This document shows positions 11,373-24,760 of a stretch of DNA of 64,000 bases, one piece after another. The DNA is from Octopus sinensis (lineage: Eukaryota): positions 103,540,001 through 103,604,000 of the forward strand of contig NC_042998.1 of NCBI RefSeq assembly GCF_006345805.1, read 5' to 3'. Position 1 is the first letter of the stretch. The number at the start of each line of letters is the position of its first letter. The notes beneath the pieces are model-generated. The model had not been told where the DNA came from. It ran no database searches and saw only the letters and a program-made list of their open reading frames with translations. The translations under genes were made by a program, and so were the position numbers.

Positions 11373-14319
11373 TTTTATTCTTCTGTAACATGTTGGAGCA
11401 ATGTAATTTTAAGGTAATTCATTATGGCATAAATCTGAGCCAATCTAATAAAAACAATGCCAGTTTGGGAGTCAGCGCCTCCAAATTACCATAAGTTTAT
11501 TTGAATATTATTGGTAACAACGAAAAAACATTTTGCTTATGCAATGAGTATAATTAAATATTATTTATATTAAATGAATATTTTTTATAAAGTTCTAAAA
11601 AGAATTATAAAGCTCGAAAAAGAAAACTATAGGGCATGACTTTGTCTAGTATTACTTTTCTCTCTGGACTCTTTCCACCTTGTTTTTCTCTTGTGCTCAT
11701 ATGCACGCACAAAAATATGTACACAAAAAACAAACAAACAAACAAAAACACAAATATGTCTAATTTATTCGATAATAGGAAATGTATGATGTTTATTTTG
11801 AAACGTCGGTAAAAGTGAAAAGAAAAATTCAGCTCGAGCAAGATATGAACTCAAAATATGTGGCAAAGTGCAATCTTCTGCATGGTCGCTCAACCTGATA
11901 AAAATAGAAGCCTAGTATCTTTCAAATCACACGCTATCGTCTTACAAATGCCTTGATGGTCACGGCTGTTTTGTTAGGGTTAGCAATAACAACAACAACT
12001 GTGAAGCATATATTTCATCTAATGTTCTACTTATTTATGTCCCACGATCACTTCTGACCTTCTTAAATATTACGAGGTAATTAATTGATGTTTCATTCGT
12101 GTCAGGCAAGTCATTTCCTTGAAGCTCCCAAATCAAGGCTATTCAACAATGGATGATTAGCAATAATGAGTTCAAGAAAGAGGACATTTGTTTTCTCTTC
12201 TATAGGCAACGTAAGGATTTGAGCCCAACATTTCAAGCTAATGAACAATTATTTTATGTCCTTAGCACAGAGAAGCTACTAACTAGATATTATATAAAGC
12301 AGTCGTGCATTAAATGTAAATGCAACCAATTTTCTTGATTGATAAAAGCCACCATCAGCCTAAGGAAACAACATGTTGTATATGGTAATCTTCCGCTTCC
12401 TAAATAGTGCCAAGTAGATGGAAATATCTCGTATAAATGCAACAATTCAAACTGTTAACCCAAGAATGTTAGAATATGAAATTGCAATATTAGAATATTA
12501 GAATATGAAATTGGATTATAATTTTTTTAGGCAAAAGTTAACATCGGGATGAGTCAAGATGAAAATACTGAAATCACTGAAGGTGGAAAAGTGGCAGGAC
12601 GTATGTAACAGAAAAATAGTAAATCAACTGAATATGAAGAAACTAGTGATGTTCTGTATTGGCAAAAATGTAATACAAATAATCTTAAAAAGTGGGATGG
12701 ATTTTCTGGCATAAGGAATGACTTGCTGCATATAGTCTCAATGTGACAGAGCAACAATGAGTTTCTTTTCCACATTACGTTCCGTTTATGTTTGGATCCA
12801 CTTTATATTTAATTTCTCAGTGATACTAATTCGACCAAATGTAACCTCTTTCATACAAGTTTGTTTTCTATACATTTTGTCAATATGAAAAAATCTAGTT
12901 GTGATTGTCGTGGAGTAATAAATCAGCGAAGAAGTCTGTTATCGTGTCACAGCTCAGTTAAAGCTATTTCATTTTACTTACATTGAAAATACCTTCAAAA
13001 GTCAACGAAGTTCTCTACTTCTTATTTTATCGGCATAAAAGTAAAGTGAGTGGAAAAAGGGATAAGGGAGTTTCTACGTGATTCATTGATGTGCAAGTAA
13101 TAGCTCAAATCACAGACTTCCATTTCACGAAAGAATACGTTAAGTAAATGTCATGCTAGATATACTATGTCTGGGAAATCATCAGACTTGAGTTCCTTTG
13201 CTTGTAGGCACTTGATCATGAATTAACCTAAAAGTAAACACAAATATTTAAAAATAAAAGAGAAAGAAAAAAGAAAAATATGATTTCTCAATGTTGAGTA
13301 GAAGTAACGTTGACGTCTTGGTTGAAACACTGCCATTGCAATTAATGTTGTTTGCCCACATAAGTCAGGTTGAATCTTAAGTATATCAGTTCTACCTTTC
13401 CTTCAAGCTAAATAAAATAAGTGCGAAGCCTTTTCTTCAACTATACGCCTGGAATTCAATTATATGTGCAGCTTTTAAGAGCGTTAACTCTTTAGTTTTC
13501 AGATCACTCTGTCAAAAGTAATGTTCATTTATTCACCTTATTTTGAATTCATTATGTTTTCTCTCATATCTTCAAGACTTCAATTATGAGCCTATTTACT
13601 TTTTGAATGAAATTGTAGAGTAAGTGTGAGAGACCAGATCTGGCTGGTTTGAACAGGAAACAGGTAGAATATGTAGGCTGAATGTGGTTGCTTTAAATAT
13701 GAAGGGGCTAAGATGACTGCAAAGCCATGACTGGGTTCGGCTAATACCAGTTCATCATTTCTTTTCATCAAAGTAGTTGCAGTGAAAGTTGGAATTCCTC
13801 ATTACCCGTGGACAGAAAATAAATAAATGAATAATAAATAAATAAATAAATAAAACTTGTCACTGTATCATAAACAATGTATCATCCTTTTAAAGTTTAG
13901 GTAACGAAATAAGGAGAATAACACCATCCTTTACTTGTTGCTGTGTAATAGGTATTTCGTTTCAACTCACAAAACCATAACAATACTCTCAATGTGGTCA
14001 TCCTATCGGTAAGAAATAATAGCTAAATCTCTCTCAAACTATGCTCTATTCAAGGTGAACAACATTCTTATTTAAAAAAGTGGAAAAAAAGAAAAAGAAA
14101 AAGAGAACACTGTGTCCATCAGCAGAAAAAAATGGCGGCAAAATCATGCGCTGAAACACCGGTCAGGGCCGACATGTAGCTAAGTAACAGTAACAACAAC
14201 AACAACAGCAGCAGCAGTAACAAAAACAACTACAATAACGACGAAGACAGAGCCGACGAACCGACGAAATCAATAAGCATGCTAACTCAAAGATGTCATA
14301 AGACTGCAACTACCTCCTC

Positions 14320-14517
14320 CTCCTCCTCCACCTCCTCCTTTCACCTCTTTATCATCATCATCATCATCATTATTATCTTGTTCATATCAACACCATTGTC
14401 GTTATCGCCATCGCCATCGCCATCAGAATCATCATTGTCATAACCGTCATTATCAAAAGTATCACTCTGATAATCATCCTCATCAACATCATTATCATCA
14501 TCCTCACCCACCACCGC

Positions 14518-14552
<35 letters not shown>

Positions 14553-14570
14553 CGACAACGACAATAGATA
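14320..14570. repeat. Compound CCT/CAT/CAA trinucleotide microsatellite
   Basis: Direct reading of the sequence. Confidence 0.9.
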
Positions 14571-15158
14571 ACAGTAGCAGTAAGAACAACAGATAACAAA
14601 CAAGCACATTCAAAATTCAGAGCTTCCAATGATGTAGCATGTAAGAGAGAACAGAGACCAGAGAACAGATGAGTTGTAAACTCATTAGAATGAATCATGC
14701 ATGCATTATGTTACGGCTTATAAAGGAAACCTGTTCAATATGAAGCAGGTGGGTTTTCAGGCTTCAAATACTTCATTGTACATTAAAAATAATTCCGGAC
14801 CTTTGTGGTTGATTTTTTTTTTTTATATAATTGTATCGAACTATTTAAATATGTATAATCCGAAACTTTCTTTGTCACCATATATCGGAGGGAGGGGGGG
14901 AATCGAAAACAAAAAAAAAAAGAATTTTCAGTGAGATGGAAACGCATATGCATGCTTTCCTACTCTCTCACTTTCTGTCAGTCAATCTGTCTGTTTGTCT
15001 CTCTCTCTTTCACACCCTCACGCACACTCTACACGAATACACACAGACGCGTGCGCACGCACGCACAAACACACACACAAGCGCACAGGGTATGTGAATT
15101 CTCATTTTGTTCTTTCAGGTGATTACACTAGCAAAAATTGATTATAATAACAGTTACA

Positions 15159-15192
<34 letters not shown>

Positions 15193-15207
15193 ACACACAC
15201 ACACACA

Positions 15208-15374
15208 CGTATGCCTTTGATCATGATTCTGTTCCGTCAGGACTGACTCAGGGCTTAACAGCAACAATAATCAATGATGAATACACGAAACGCTTGAGAT
15301 CATTCAAAATCAGTTGACTAACATGAAAAATGAAATATGAAATTCCGAATAGCAACGGACTGAAGTCTTAACTA

Positions 15375-15418
<44 letters not shown>

Positions 15419-15583
15419 ATGCCTTTGATCATGATTCTGTTCCGTCAGGACTGACCCAGGGCTTAACAGCAACAATAATCAATGATGAATACACGAAACG
15501 CTTGAGATCATTCAAAATCAGTTGACTAACATGAAAAATGAAATATGAAATTCCGAATAGCAACGGACTGAAGTCTTAACTAC
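15208..15583. repeat. Tandem duplication, 208-bp period: 168-bp unique unit plus (CA)n
   Basis: 15208-15375 and 15416-15583 appear identical except T15248 versus C15456. (CA)n tracts lie before, between and after the copies. Confidence 0.95.
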
Positions 15584-15907
15584 ACACACACACACACACA
15601 TACACACACGCACGCACACACACACACACACGCGCGCGCGCATGTATGTTTGAAACCCCGTATTACCAGAGTAAGTTTTACCAGAAAATCTTGTCTAACG
15701 CAAAATTCTGTAGCGCAAAATTAACTTACCCAATGACTTTTTTTTTCTCTGAAGTGAGAATGCGTTCCGAAAACAGTAACAAGAAGTAACACGACCATTT
15801 TAAAGTATGAAAATAACCATTTCTAAATATGCACACGTTACGTACACATAAAGATACTGACAGAGAAATACGTTAGGAAATAAATATGAATCGTAATATT
15901 GTACTCT

Positions 15908-16197
15908 GAGCACAAGGCCCGAAATTTTGGGGGAGGGGGTCTAGTCGATTAGATCGACCCCAATATGCAACTGGTACTTAATTAATCGGTCCCGAAAAAA
16001 TAAAAGGCAAAGTCGACTTCGGCGGAATTTGAACTCAGAACGTAAAGACAGAGTTCAAATTCTGCCGAGGTCAACTTTGCTTTTCATCCTTTTGGAGTTG
16101 ATAGATTAAGTACCAGTTGCATACTAGGGTCGATCTAATCGATTGCCCCCACCCCCTCCATAAAAATTCCGGGTCTTGTGTCTAGAGCAGAAAAGAA
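15908..16197. mobile_element. Two truncated SINE family A copies joined head-to-head, forming a foldback
   Basis: Minus copy 15908-16050 and plus copy 16050-16197; arms of about 130 bp separated by a 14-nt spacer (agaacgtaaagaca). Confidence 0.85.
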
Positions 16198-17019
16198 TAT
16201 TGTAAAAGGGTACGTTTTTGCCACAAAAATATAGATTAAAGGTGTGAATGACAACGGTGGAGATGATGGTGTTGTAGAATGAGAGTTACTTGGTGGAGAT
16301 GGGACACTATCGGCTATCTGATATCACTAGTGTCTACTTGAGGGTCCAAATTGTTTGACGCTTATAGTCTATATAGTCTCAAATAGACAATATATATAAA
16401 TCCCCCAGAAACGAAGAACAAACACAAAAAAGCAACAACGTAAGGACGTGGTACATCTAAAGTATTTATTAGCAAGCGCTCAGGGAAGGAAAGGAAAGTG
16501 GTTTTATGTTTCGAGCAAAGCTCTTCTTCAGAAACAGGTGACAGAGGAAAGTCCAATAGAAAAGGAAGACGGGGGCGGGGTGATCGCCAACAATTTAAAT
16601 ATCAGATTTCGATTTATCACAAGTTTCCGTTCCTTCGTTATTGGAGGTTTTTGTTGTTGCTTAACTCCAGGTGAACCTAATTTTACAAATCCATCAAATG
16701 TAGCACCCGCCAACCATAAATGTTTTCTCTGTGGTCAAAAAGTTTAGTCTTGAACTAGGGGATTTTTAACTCACAGAATCTGAAAATGATATTCATTTAT
16801 TACCATCCCGTCAAGATTTTAAGAAATTAGATCGTTGGAATTTCATTAGTTTTTCAGTAAAACAGCTTATTAGTAACAAGATATAATATGCAAACATACA
16901 TAGAAATTGGTTTTTCATCAAAACCAAAATGTTTTCTCAAAATTCTCCTGAGAAGCTAGTAAAAATCTTAAACTTTTACAATTCACATCATTGTTTATGC
17001 CTAATTTACCATGAATTTG

Positions 17020-17400
17020 CGTTCGGATTATTTTCCTGAGTGCAGAACCCTGGAAAGATCATAAGCCAAGTTCCAACAATACTCCACCATCATATACAAG
17101 TCCTTTATTCCATTGATTGTATGTCCTGATGGAAATATTCAATCTGTTCGTCACTAATGTCATCGAGATTTTGAAGGAATTTACACATAGCTGCTCCCAA
17201 ATTTTGAAAGTTCTCCAGCATGTTGTCGAGTATTTCGGCATAGTCGGTTGCTTTCTTGTTACTCAGAAAGTCATTTACAACTATTACAGATGAATTCAAT
17301 ACAGCTGCTTCAATGCAATTCATTGAATTTACAAAGTTTCCATATTTCGTCAATTTTCTGATTTGTGGCACTTCAAATATTTCAAGCTTTTATCTTTTCA
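17020..17400 (-). mobile_element. DNA-transposon transposase C-terminal remnant, Chapaev3/CMC-like
   Basis: ORF 17105-17371 reads PQIRKL..NF..SMN..EAA..VVNDFLSNKKA.DY..NML.NF..LG..ISDEQIEYFHQDIQSME, matching the GPQIR.L..FLGN..VSDE.GERFHQDI..ME signature recalled for this family. Confidence 0.65.
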
Positions 17401-19764
17401 TGGCTCAAACCGAGAAATGTACTGCAGATATAGCAAAGGCATGGTCCATCTTTATCCACAGCAGTGACAAACTGCTTCATGTCTGACATGGAGTGAGGGT
17501 AGAATTATTTTTCTCGGTTGAACTCAAAGCTCTTCAACAACATTTAGAGATCGTGTTCGCGTAAATCTAAACGTGATGATAAAAAAATTGATCGCGTTTT
17601 TTTGATTCAGCTTATCAAAAAACCTTCAAATCAGATAAAAACCTCCTGACAACAAATTATCTGTTAGGTTGAGTAACGTAACCGTGATCAACTCACATTT
17701 TTCCTATTTTGTAAGAAACATATAATCAAATATTTTCTTTCTATATATCTATGTGTAAAATGACAGAGTCTAATTTAAGGAAATTCGCCTGCTATTTCTG
17801 GCAAATCCAGTAACCACGTAGCGGTATCTCCTTAACATGCTTCGCCACAGGTCAGTTTGATTAGTAAGACTTGACATGTCATTTCTAACTTTCATTACTG
17901 AGGGTTTCACAGCGTGCTTGTTGTAGTTGATGATTAACCACAGATCAGTCCTGATTGGCCAGGGTCTTCTAAACATTGCCATTCCATTTATTTATCAAAT
18001 ATTGTTGGTCTTTTCTACCTTATCCAATATGTCCTCTATTACTAATGTGGCAGAATATGATTTGAATGAGATTTCCAGCAGGATCCTTCGTTGAAAGTTT
18101 GTAGTTTTATTGCATGACATTACTCTTATAATTGTTGTCAGATAATATGTTCTCTCTGGTAGATTGTACTACGTGTTCAATGTTTATCTATTTGTAATAC
18201 AGCGATTTCTACAAGTTGCAAATTCTCCTGTTTGCATTTATTTATAACTTCTCGGATCCTTCGCTCTTGACTCAGGGGAATATGAAGGAAGAGACAGCTG
18301 GAGTGGGTGAAAGCAGCGTCAGTACTCGGTTGATATTTAGTTGAAAATTAGGCTCACAGCTGGATTTATTTTAAATGATGAAATGCTTTGATCTGAACTT
18401 AATTGGGGCTAAACATCAACAATGACAACAATAGCAAAAGTGGGGGTAACCACTTCCCGTTCAGGTTTTGAAAATTAGTCGTACAGTTCCAAATGTGGTT
18501 CTGGTGGGGGTATTTCAATCCTCATGGCTCACCATGAATTAACTGCTGTTTTTGCTGACAAACCTTTTGAATGGTTGTATTTAGTTAAGCGTTCTTAAAT
18601 TGAACCAGATACAAATGGTTTACGCATTACAGGAAGCGAAACCGGAGAAGTCTCACGAAATTTCAACAGCATTCAGTTTAAGACCGCCTGCTCTCAAAGT
18701 CTGTCTAAAATCACATGAAAATAAACCATTTAAGCCTTAAAACTAAAATAGTTGGTAAATATATTAGTTAAGTATAACAAACATATGAATTCGCAAAATT
18801 AAAAATGGTTATTTAGTCTTTGTTTTTTTTTTCAGCATATTTGCGTCCGGAAGGGTTCTTATGCACTTGCAATTTGACCCTCATACGAAAACTTTTCCCA
18901 ACCTTGCTTTAGAGGGAGGAGAAACTATGAAGCTGCAATGTTCATGGCATTCTTCCGTTTCAAGTACAGTGGCTGTAAATGTGGATCGAATTTATGTTTT
19001 AACTCAACCTTACCTTTATTTTTTATTTTTTTCTTTCAAATCCAAGTTACACAGCCTTCACTGTTGCAGAACATGTTCATATCTTGAAGTGCCAGTTGGT
19101 CGCATAGTTGTCACATGAAAGTAACCTCTCTAGCTTTTCAGTACCGATTTTTCATCACAACTTTACACTTTCCAGCTTTGTAGATTACTGGTAAGTTCAC
19201 CATAATCTTAATAGATATTTTAATCCTAATACTCATTTACCATGCCATTTTATTTCTAACATCAAGTTTTAGCATTAACTTATTAATGGATAACGTTATT
19301 TTCTTTGATAAAAAAAACTGTATAACAAAACTGCATGTTTGTATCCCATGTGATTTGAGCTTTTTTAATTATAAGAAATCCTTTTCGCAATATACTATTA
19401 TTTTCAAACCGCCAGTAAAGTTTTCGTCTTTATTCCACACTTCCAATTTTCACATCATTATTCCCCTTTCAGAATGTTTTCATTTCAACGGCTACCACTG
19501 CTTCTTTAGAACATATTCTTATTATTGTTGTGAATCTTCTTGTTAGTCAAACGAAGGTAAAGGAAGTGAAGAAAGCAGTAAAAAACAGTAAATAAGACAT
19601 AAAAAGATAGAAAGTACAGGCAAGTTCCCCCAAAATATCAGGAGTTCACGAAGGAAGTTCATAAAAATGTAATAATAGTACAGCTGGCATTTCAAGATAA
19701 GAACACATTCTGCAAAAATCTGAGAGTTGTATAGCTTGGATTGAAAAAAAAAGAAGAAAACAAA

Positions 19765-19774
<10 letters not shown>

Positions 19775-19852
<78 letters not shown>
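19775..19852. repeat. (GA)n microsatellite
   Basis: Direct reading of the sequence. Confidence 0.95.
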
Positions 19853-19856
<4 letters not shown>

Positions 19857-20559
19857 TGAGTTCAAATTCTTTGGAAAATGTAGACAGAACATAACAAAAG
19901 TTTTCTTAGATAATGTATTCATTCAAACTAATTATTTTCTAAATGCATTTTAAGGAAGGGAGCAAGTTTTTATTTTATTTGAAATATAAACGAAACATAT
20001 TTATGTGATTCTTTGTTGTTCTATTCTCATACGCTCTTTGACGAATTTTACAAGAACAAGCAGTATATAAAGAACAGCAAGCAGATTGTTCTTGTGTTGA
20101 GTGCTGATTAGATATCAGTTACCAGTAAATATAAATGATTTCTCTTTGGGCATAACTATCTCAGGGAAAGGTATGTGACATACTAAGTTACAGTTTTCTC
20201 CCGAAATTCCAACATTTGCGCCCTATGGCAATTAGAGTGGTTCAACAGAGCTCATAGAAATTTCAATCAATCACTAGAAGTGTCATTTATCTGGGATCTA
20301 GTCGCAAACGATAAATATAGAATACCAATAGAAAAGTTTGTATAGAATAGCAACAGAAAATAACATTAGCATGTAACAGAACAATGAACAGCTGATAGCG
20401 AATACCATTTCAACCATATGAAGCACTGCTCGAATCAAATTTCTGTCTAGTGTTTAAAATCTCAAAAGCAACGGGACAGCATGAACTAAGTTAAAAAATT
20501 AACCTTTCACCGTTTAATTCTTTCCTTATATGTATTCCGTGGGCAGCAAGGTACAACTA

Positions 20560-21080
20560 ACCTCGCTTTCTCCCGTTCCTCCACGCCCCTCGGGGCCGTT
20601 AGCGGCAGACCAACTTTCATAATGTTAAATACGATCTATCTTTCATACCATGTCTCATTCTCTTCAAAAGAGGATAGTTTTCTTCATGTTTCTGCAACGA
20701 ATCACAGATGGAAATCCGTTGAACATGTTAGCCTCATTAAATTGATGTGAAACGAAACATCGAGTCTGTTGACGTCGCCAAGTGGATGCAGATGGTTTAC
20801 AACACTCGATTTTGACATTTGGAATATATCTGCGATCATCTTGGCCATATAACGGGGTTTGTGTCGCTGTTCATCTTAGATGACTGGCCAGAGAGAGATG
20901 TACCTTGAGCCGAAAAATATCTTAATCGAAATCTTAAAAACGACTTATGCCACTCACGTTCCATAACATCATCCTCTTCATATACAGCGCAAATCTGCCT
21001 GCAGGTCTCTGCTGCATTCTTGCCTCTTTAAAAAATGCATGAAATTTTGATATTGTTGATTTGATTCCCCATTTTCAAAG
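20560..21080 (-). mobile_element. Mariner transposase N-terminal pseudogene fragment
   Basis: Minus-strand translation with breaks: RGKNAAETCRQICAVYEED..SKSSVVNHLHPLGDVNRLDV, matching the mariner HTH region (KGKNA..IC.VYG and LG.V.RLDVWVPH). Confidence 0.7.
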
Positions 21081-21326
21081 GGATCTCAAGGGTATAACAC
21101 ACAACCCGCCTCATCGCACGTGTCCGTCGAACTACGTTGAACTGTTAAGTATCTAACGAGTGCACATGTGCAAGGGACAAATTAAAATTAGCTACTTATC
21201 AGAAACCTCGAAGTTTAGAGTTGACAAAAACATAACAGAATCTTTGGCCAACTCGATATGTGTGTGGTGTGTGTGTGTGTGTGTGTGTGTGCGTGTGTTT
21301 GTGTTTGTGTTTGTGTATATCTGTGT

Positions 21327-21327
<1 letters not shown>

Positions 21328-21392
<65 letters not shown>

Positions 21393-21394
21393 TA

Positions 21395-21455
<61 letters not shown>
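21328..21455. repeat. Spacerless (AAT)n/(ATT)n palindrome with two 64-bp arms
   Basis: Centre at 21391/21392; pairing extends to 21328/21455 with one mismatch (A21387 versus C21396). Confidence 0.95.
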
Positions 21456-23613
21456 AAAGCGCTTATAGCCGCAGGAAGCACATGTCTATGCTCTGACAGC
21501 GAGATATGTATGTACATACATATATATATTTACACACACACACACACGGGCACGCGCGCAGACATACAGATATATAGTATATATATGTGTATATACATAG
21601 ACATAAATATATGTAATCATTACATCTGCATAAATATATTTTTTTCTTATGACATCACAACTGTTTCATTTTAAATGGGAATAACAGTGAAATACGAAAA
21701 AGGAATGGGCAGTAATGTGCCCATATCTTATTTAAATGTTGCACAATGAGATTATGTATGACATTAAAATAAATGTCGTAGTCAAACAGAATATTTTGTT
21801 CACGAACGTGCATTCAGTACTTCTTAACGTTCTCATTATCTTTAGTACGTTAAGGATCTAAATTTCTTTTTCAAAGGACTATTGAATTAGTTGTGAATCT
21901 ATTGAGGGAATATGTTTGCTTTTATTTTTATTAGTAGGGGGCATACTTTAAAGTATGTGACAATGCAAAATAAAATATTGTTGTAGGTATTGCTCCATAA
22001 GCCATTTAATAAGACACAAAGAATTTAAATTTACTTTTCATATATTTTATGAGGTGTCAAAATTTCCGTCACACACCTGCGACATGGTCATTGACATATC
22101 AGTAACCAGGTAGTGCTTGCCCCGCCAAAACTTTGTTGACAACTCATGATATAAATTTAAAGTGAATTTGTCAGGTTTGTTAAGAAATGGCTCTTCCATG
22201 GGGCAGCTGCAGCAGTTTCAAACACGGTCTCAGATCACGTCATTTCCTATACTCTGAAATACAAGGAGGATTTTGAGAGAAACTAAAAGGATTTTTGCAG
22301 ACGCCCAAAGGGGTGTTCTGCTTGAAGATTATCAACATTCATACAATTGGTTGAAAGTGCAACCGCGTGTTATTTATACATACTTTTGCCGACTGTGGAG
22401 TGAAGTAAAGCAAAATTGTTCATAAAATTGGTGATGAACCATAACAGTTTTCGTTCGCTTCTGCCACTTCCATGTGGAAAGTGTGTACCAATAATCACAA
22501 TATCTGAGAGTTAATCCGGAAAGCAAGAATGCCTTTATGCAATGACACAGCTTCTCAAATTCCATCTGTAATGCCTGCGCTGTTTCCAACAACTAAGAAC
22601 ATTACTACAATGCAAAAGGTGTTGATATTTGCTTCCTACTTTGCTTGCACACACGTAACGAAACTTTTCTTATACTTTCTACATCAACTCTACCTTAACC
22701 CTCAACACTTACACACTATTACAAGGTACAAATATTTCAAAGACTAAATCTAATTATTAATCTACCGTAAAATACTAAAACCTGTGTTCCATTCCATCAA
22801 ACGTAAATTTTCTGACCATACTATCCTTATATCAGACGTTCTCTCTTTAAATTTGTTTTTAATTTAACGGAAGCTCAGTTCACTACGTTATCTATTTTCT
22901 ATAGAGCCAGTGATCGCTTTTTAGAACTTTAACAAAATGAAGATTATTATTATTGGCACCCTCGATACATTCGACATTTCATTGCTTGAGAAATCTTTAG
23001 GTTTCATACCTGTCAGCTTTTTCTCATATCTTGATCAGGTGTTTTCAACGAGAGTGCTCAATCGCACCGCACCTTTATTTGGTTGTTATTCGTTCACGTT
23101 CTATGAACTATGAGTAACCTCAGATATCTGAGTCTTATTTTCTTCATTGTGCATCCATTAGCTACTTATGGCACAAACCTCTGTACATATATAAATTTCA
23201 CCCTTCCATAACGTCCCGTTCATATGTGTCAGCCACTTTGTAATATAAACAATTCGAACTAGACTTGCACAGCTTGCATGAACACAAAGTTTGAAACATC
23301 TCCTAATGGCTGCTTACCTTCAACAATAGTAAAACATAATCTTTATACATATCAAGGAAGCAATCTTGCAAGTCTACACTCTGCATACTCATGTACAGCT
23401 AACCAAAACATTTCTCTCTCCTTTAGTTTACTGACCTGCATACCTTCACAACATTGGTAACCAAATTTCTATAATTTTTCCTAAGATTATTTCACTCAAG
23501 ATGAGAAACAACTTTGATCAATAATTGCCTTCCTACAGGGTATATGTTCCTTACAGTATACTGCTAGCAAAACTGCAGATGCAAACTCTAAAAATCCTAA
23601 AACTATACTAAAG

Positions 23614-23716
23614 AATGGCCCAGTGGTTAGGGCAGCGGACTCGCAGTTGGAGGATCGCAGTTTCGATTCCCAGACCGGGCGTTGTGTTTGTTTATTGAGC
23701 GAAAACACCTAAAGCT
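23614..23716 (+). mobile_element. SINE family C, 5' (tRNA-like) portion only
   Basis: aatggcccagtggttagggcagcggactcgc..gtttcgattcccagaccgggcg, the same head as 24761 and 26525. Confidence 0.85.
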
Positions 23717-24377
23717 GGCTAGGCTTGAAAAGGGCGCATAAAAAAAATAAAATCTTGCTAACAGTTAGAAGCTTCACTCCTTCATAACCACTACTTACAG
23801 TTTTTAACCTTTGTCTCTTCTGCTTCGACCATAATAGCATATGTTGCTCTAAACGGACATGCTTCATAATACATCCCGCTCGATGCAATGGTTTTCTTCT
23901 CTTTTGTCTTCCTTATTTTGCATAATCCTTCAAATTTTGCTAAAAGCATTTTACAAATGTTTTTAAAACAGAATTCCGCTCCATGGAACGTTTATACATG
24001 CATTTATTTCATCATTTTTTAACCTATGCATCTACGTATCAAACTTCGAAAATTCAAACTGAGCATTAATTCGGTTGATCTTTTTGTTGTTGTTGTTGTG
24101 TCGTTATTGCTGCTGCTGCTGCTGCTGCAGCTGCAGTTGTTGCTGTTTTATAATATCACGATACAAAGCCACTCGGTAATCTCGCCAGTTAAACCTATAT
24201 ACCAAAGACATTCTATCTGTAACATTTTTGACGTTGAGACAAAATAGAACTTACGTGGTATCCCGCCGATGGAGGGACTACATCTCAGTTTTTAGCATAT
24301 TTATTTTTCTTTTACATCGGCTTAAAGCCGTACAGCCAACTTAGTAGTTATACCTAATAGACATTTGATTCATGTGT

Positions 24378-24640
24378 ATCGTCTTACAACAGCTAAAGAT
24401 GTATAGCAGCTCATTGATTAAACTAGTACACGAAGATCACTGAAGATTGTTTTACTTCTGTTTAGAGATGCCTAGAAAGCCCATTGATTAAATTAACACA
24501 CAATGATCTTTGTATATTGTCTTACAGCAGTTCAGAGATGTATAAATATTTCATTGACTCATTGCACTTGTATATAAGGATTAATGTAGGTAGTCTTACT
24601 CCGGTTCAAAGATGTAAAGATAGTCCATCGTTAATCTCAC
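24378..24640. repeat. Degenerate minisatellite, four units of about 70 bp
   Basis: Core gt(c/t)ttac..agatg..cat starts at 24381, 24449, 24519 and 24593. Confidence 0.7.
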
Positions 24641-24760
24641 GCGACTCCATTTGCTAGAGTAAGTCAAATAGCATATGTAATTCTTTAACATTTCGAACGT
24701 TGCTAGTGTTTTATTTATTTATTTTTTTGTCTATTTGTTCAATTTATATTTGCATTTTGT

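Noticed and set aside
12540-12780. Possible piggyBac-like N-terminal remnant
   Set aside because: Only vague compositional similarity, with stops and no diagnostic motif; needs tBLASTn.
17770-18450. Possible degenerate LINE linker (KDPAGNLI-like peptide on the minus strand)
   Set aside because: Too fragmentary to assign by eye.
18837-19118. Exon-like segment after a polyT-CAG acceptor
   Set aside because: No recognisable protein, no matching donor, and no neighbouring exons.
24378-24640. CRISPR array interpretation of the 70-bp repeats
   Set aside because: Eukaryotic context, highly degenerate repeats and no cas genes.
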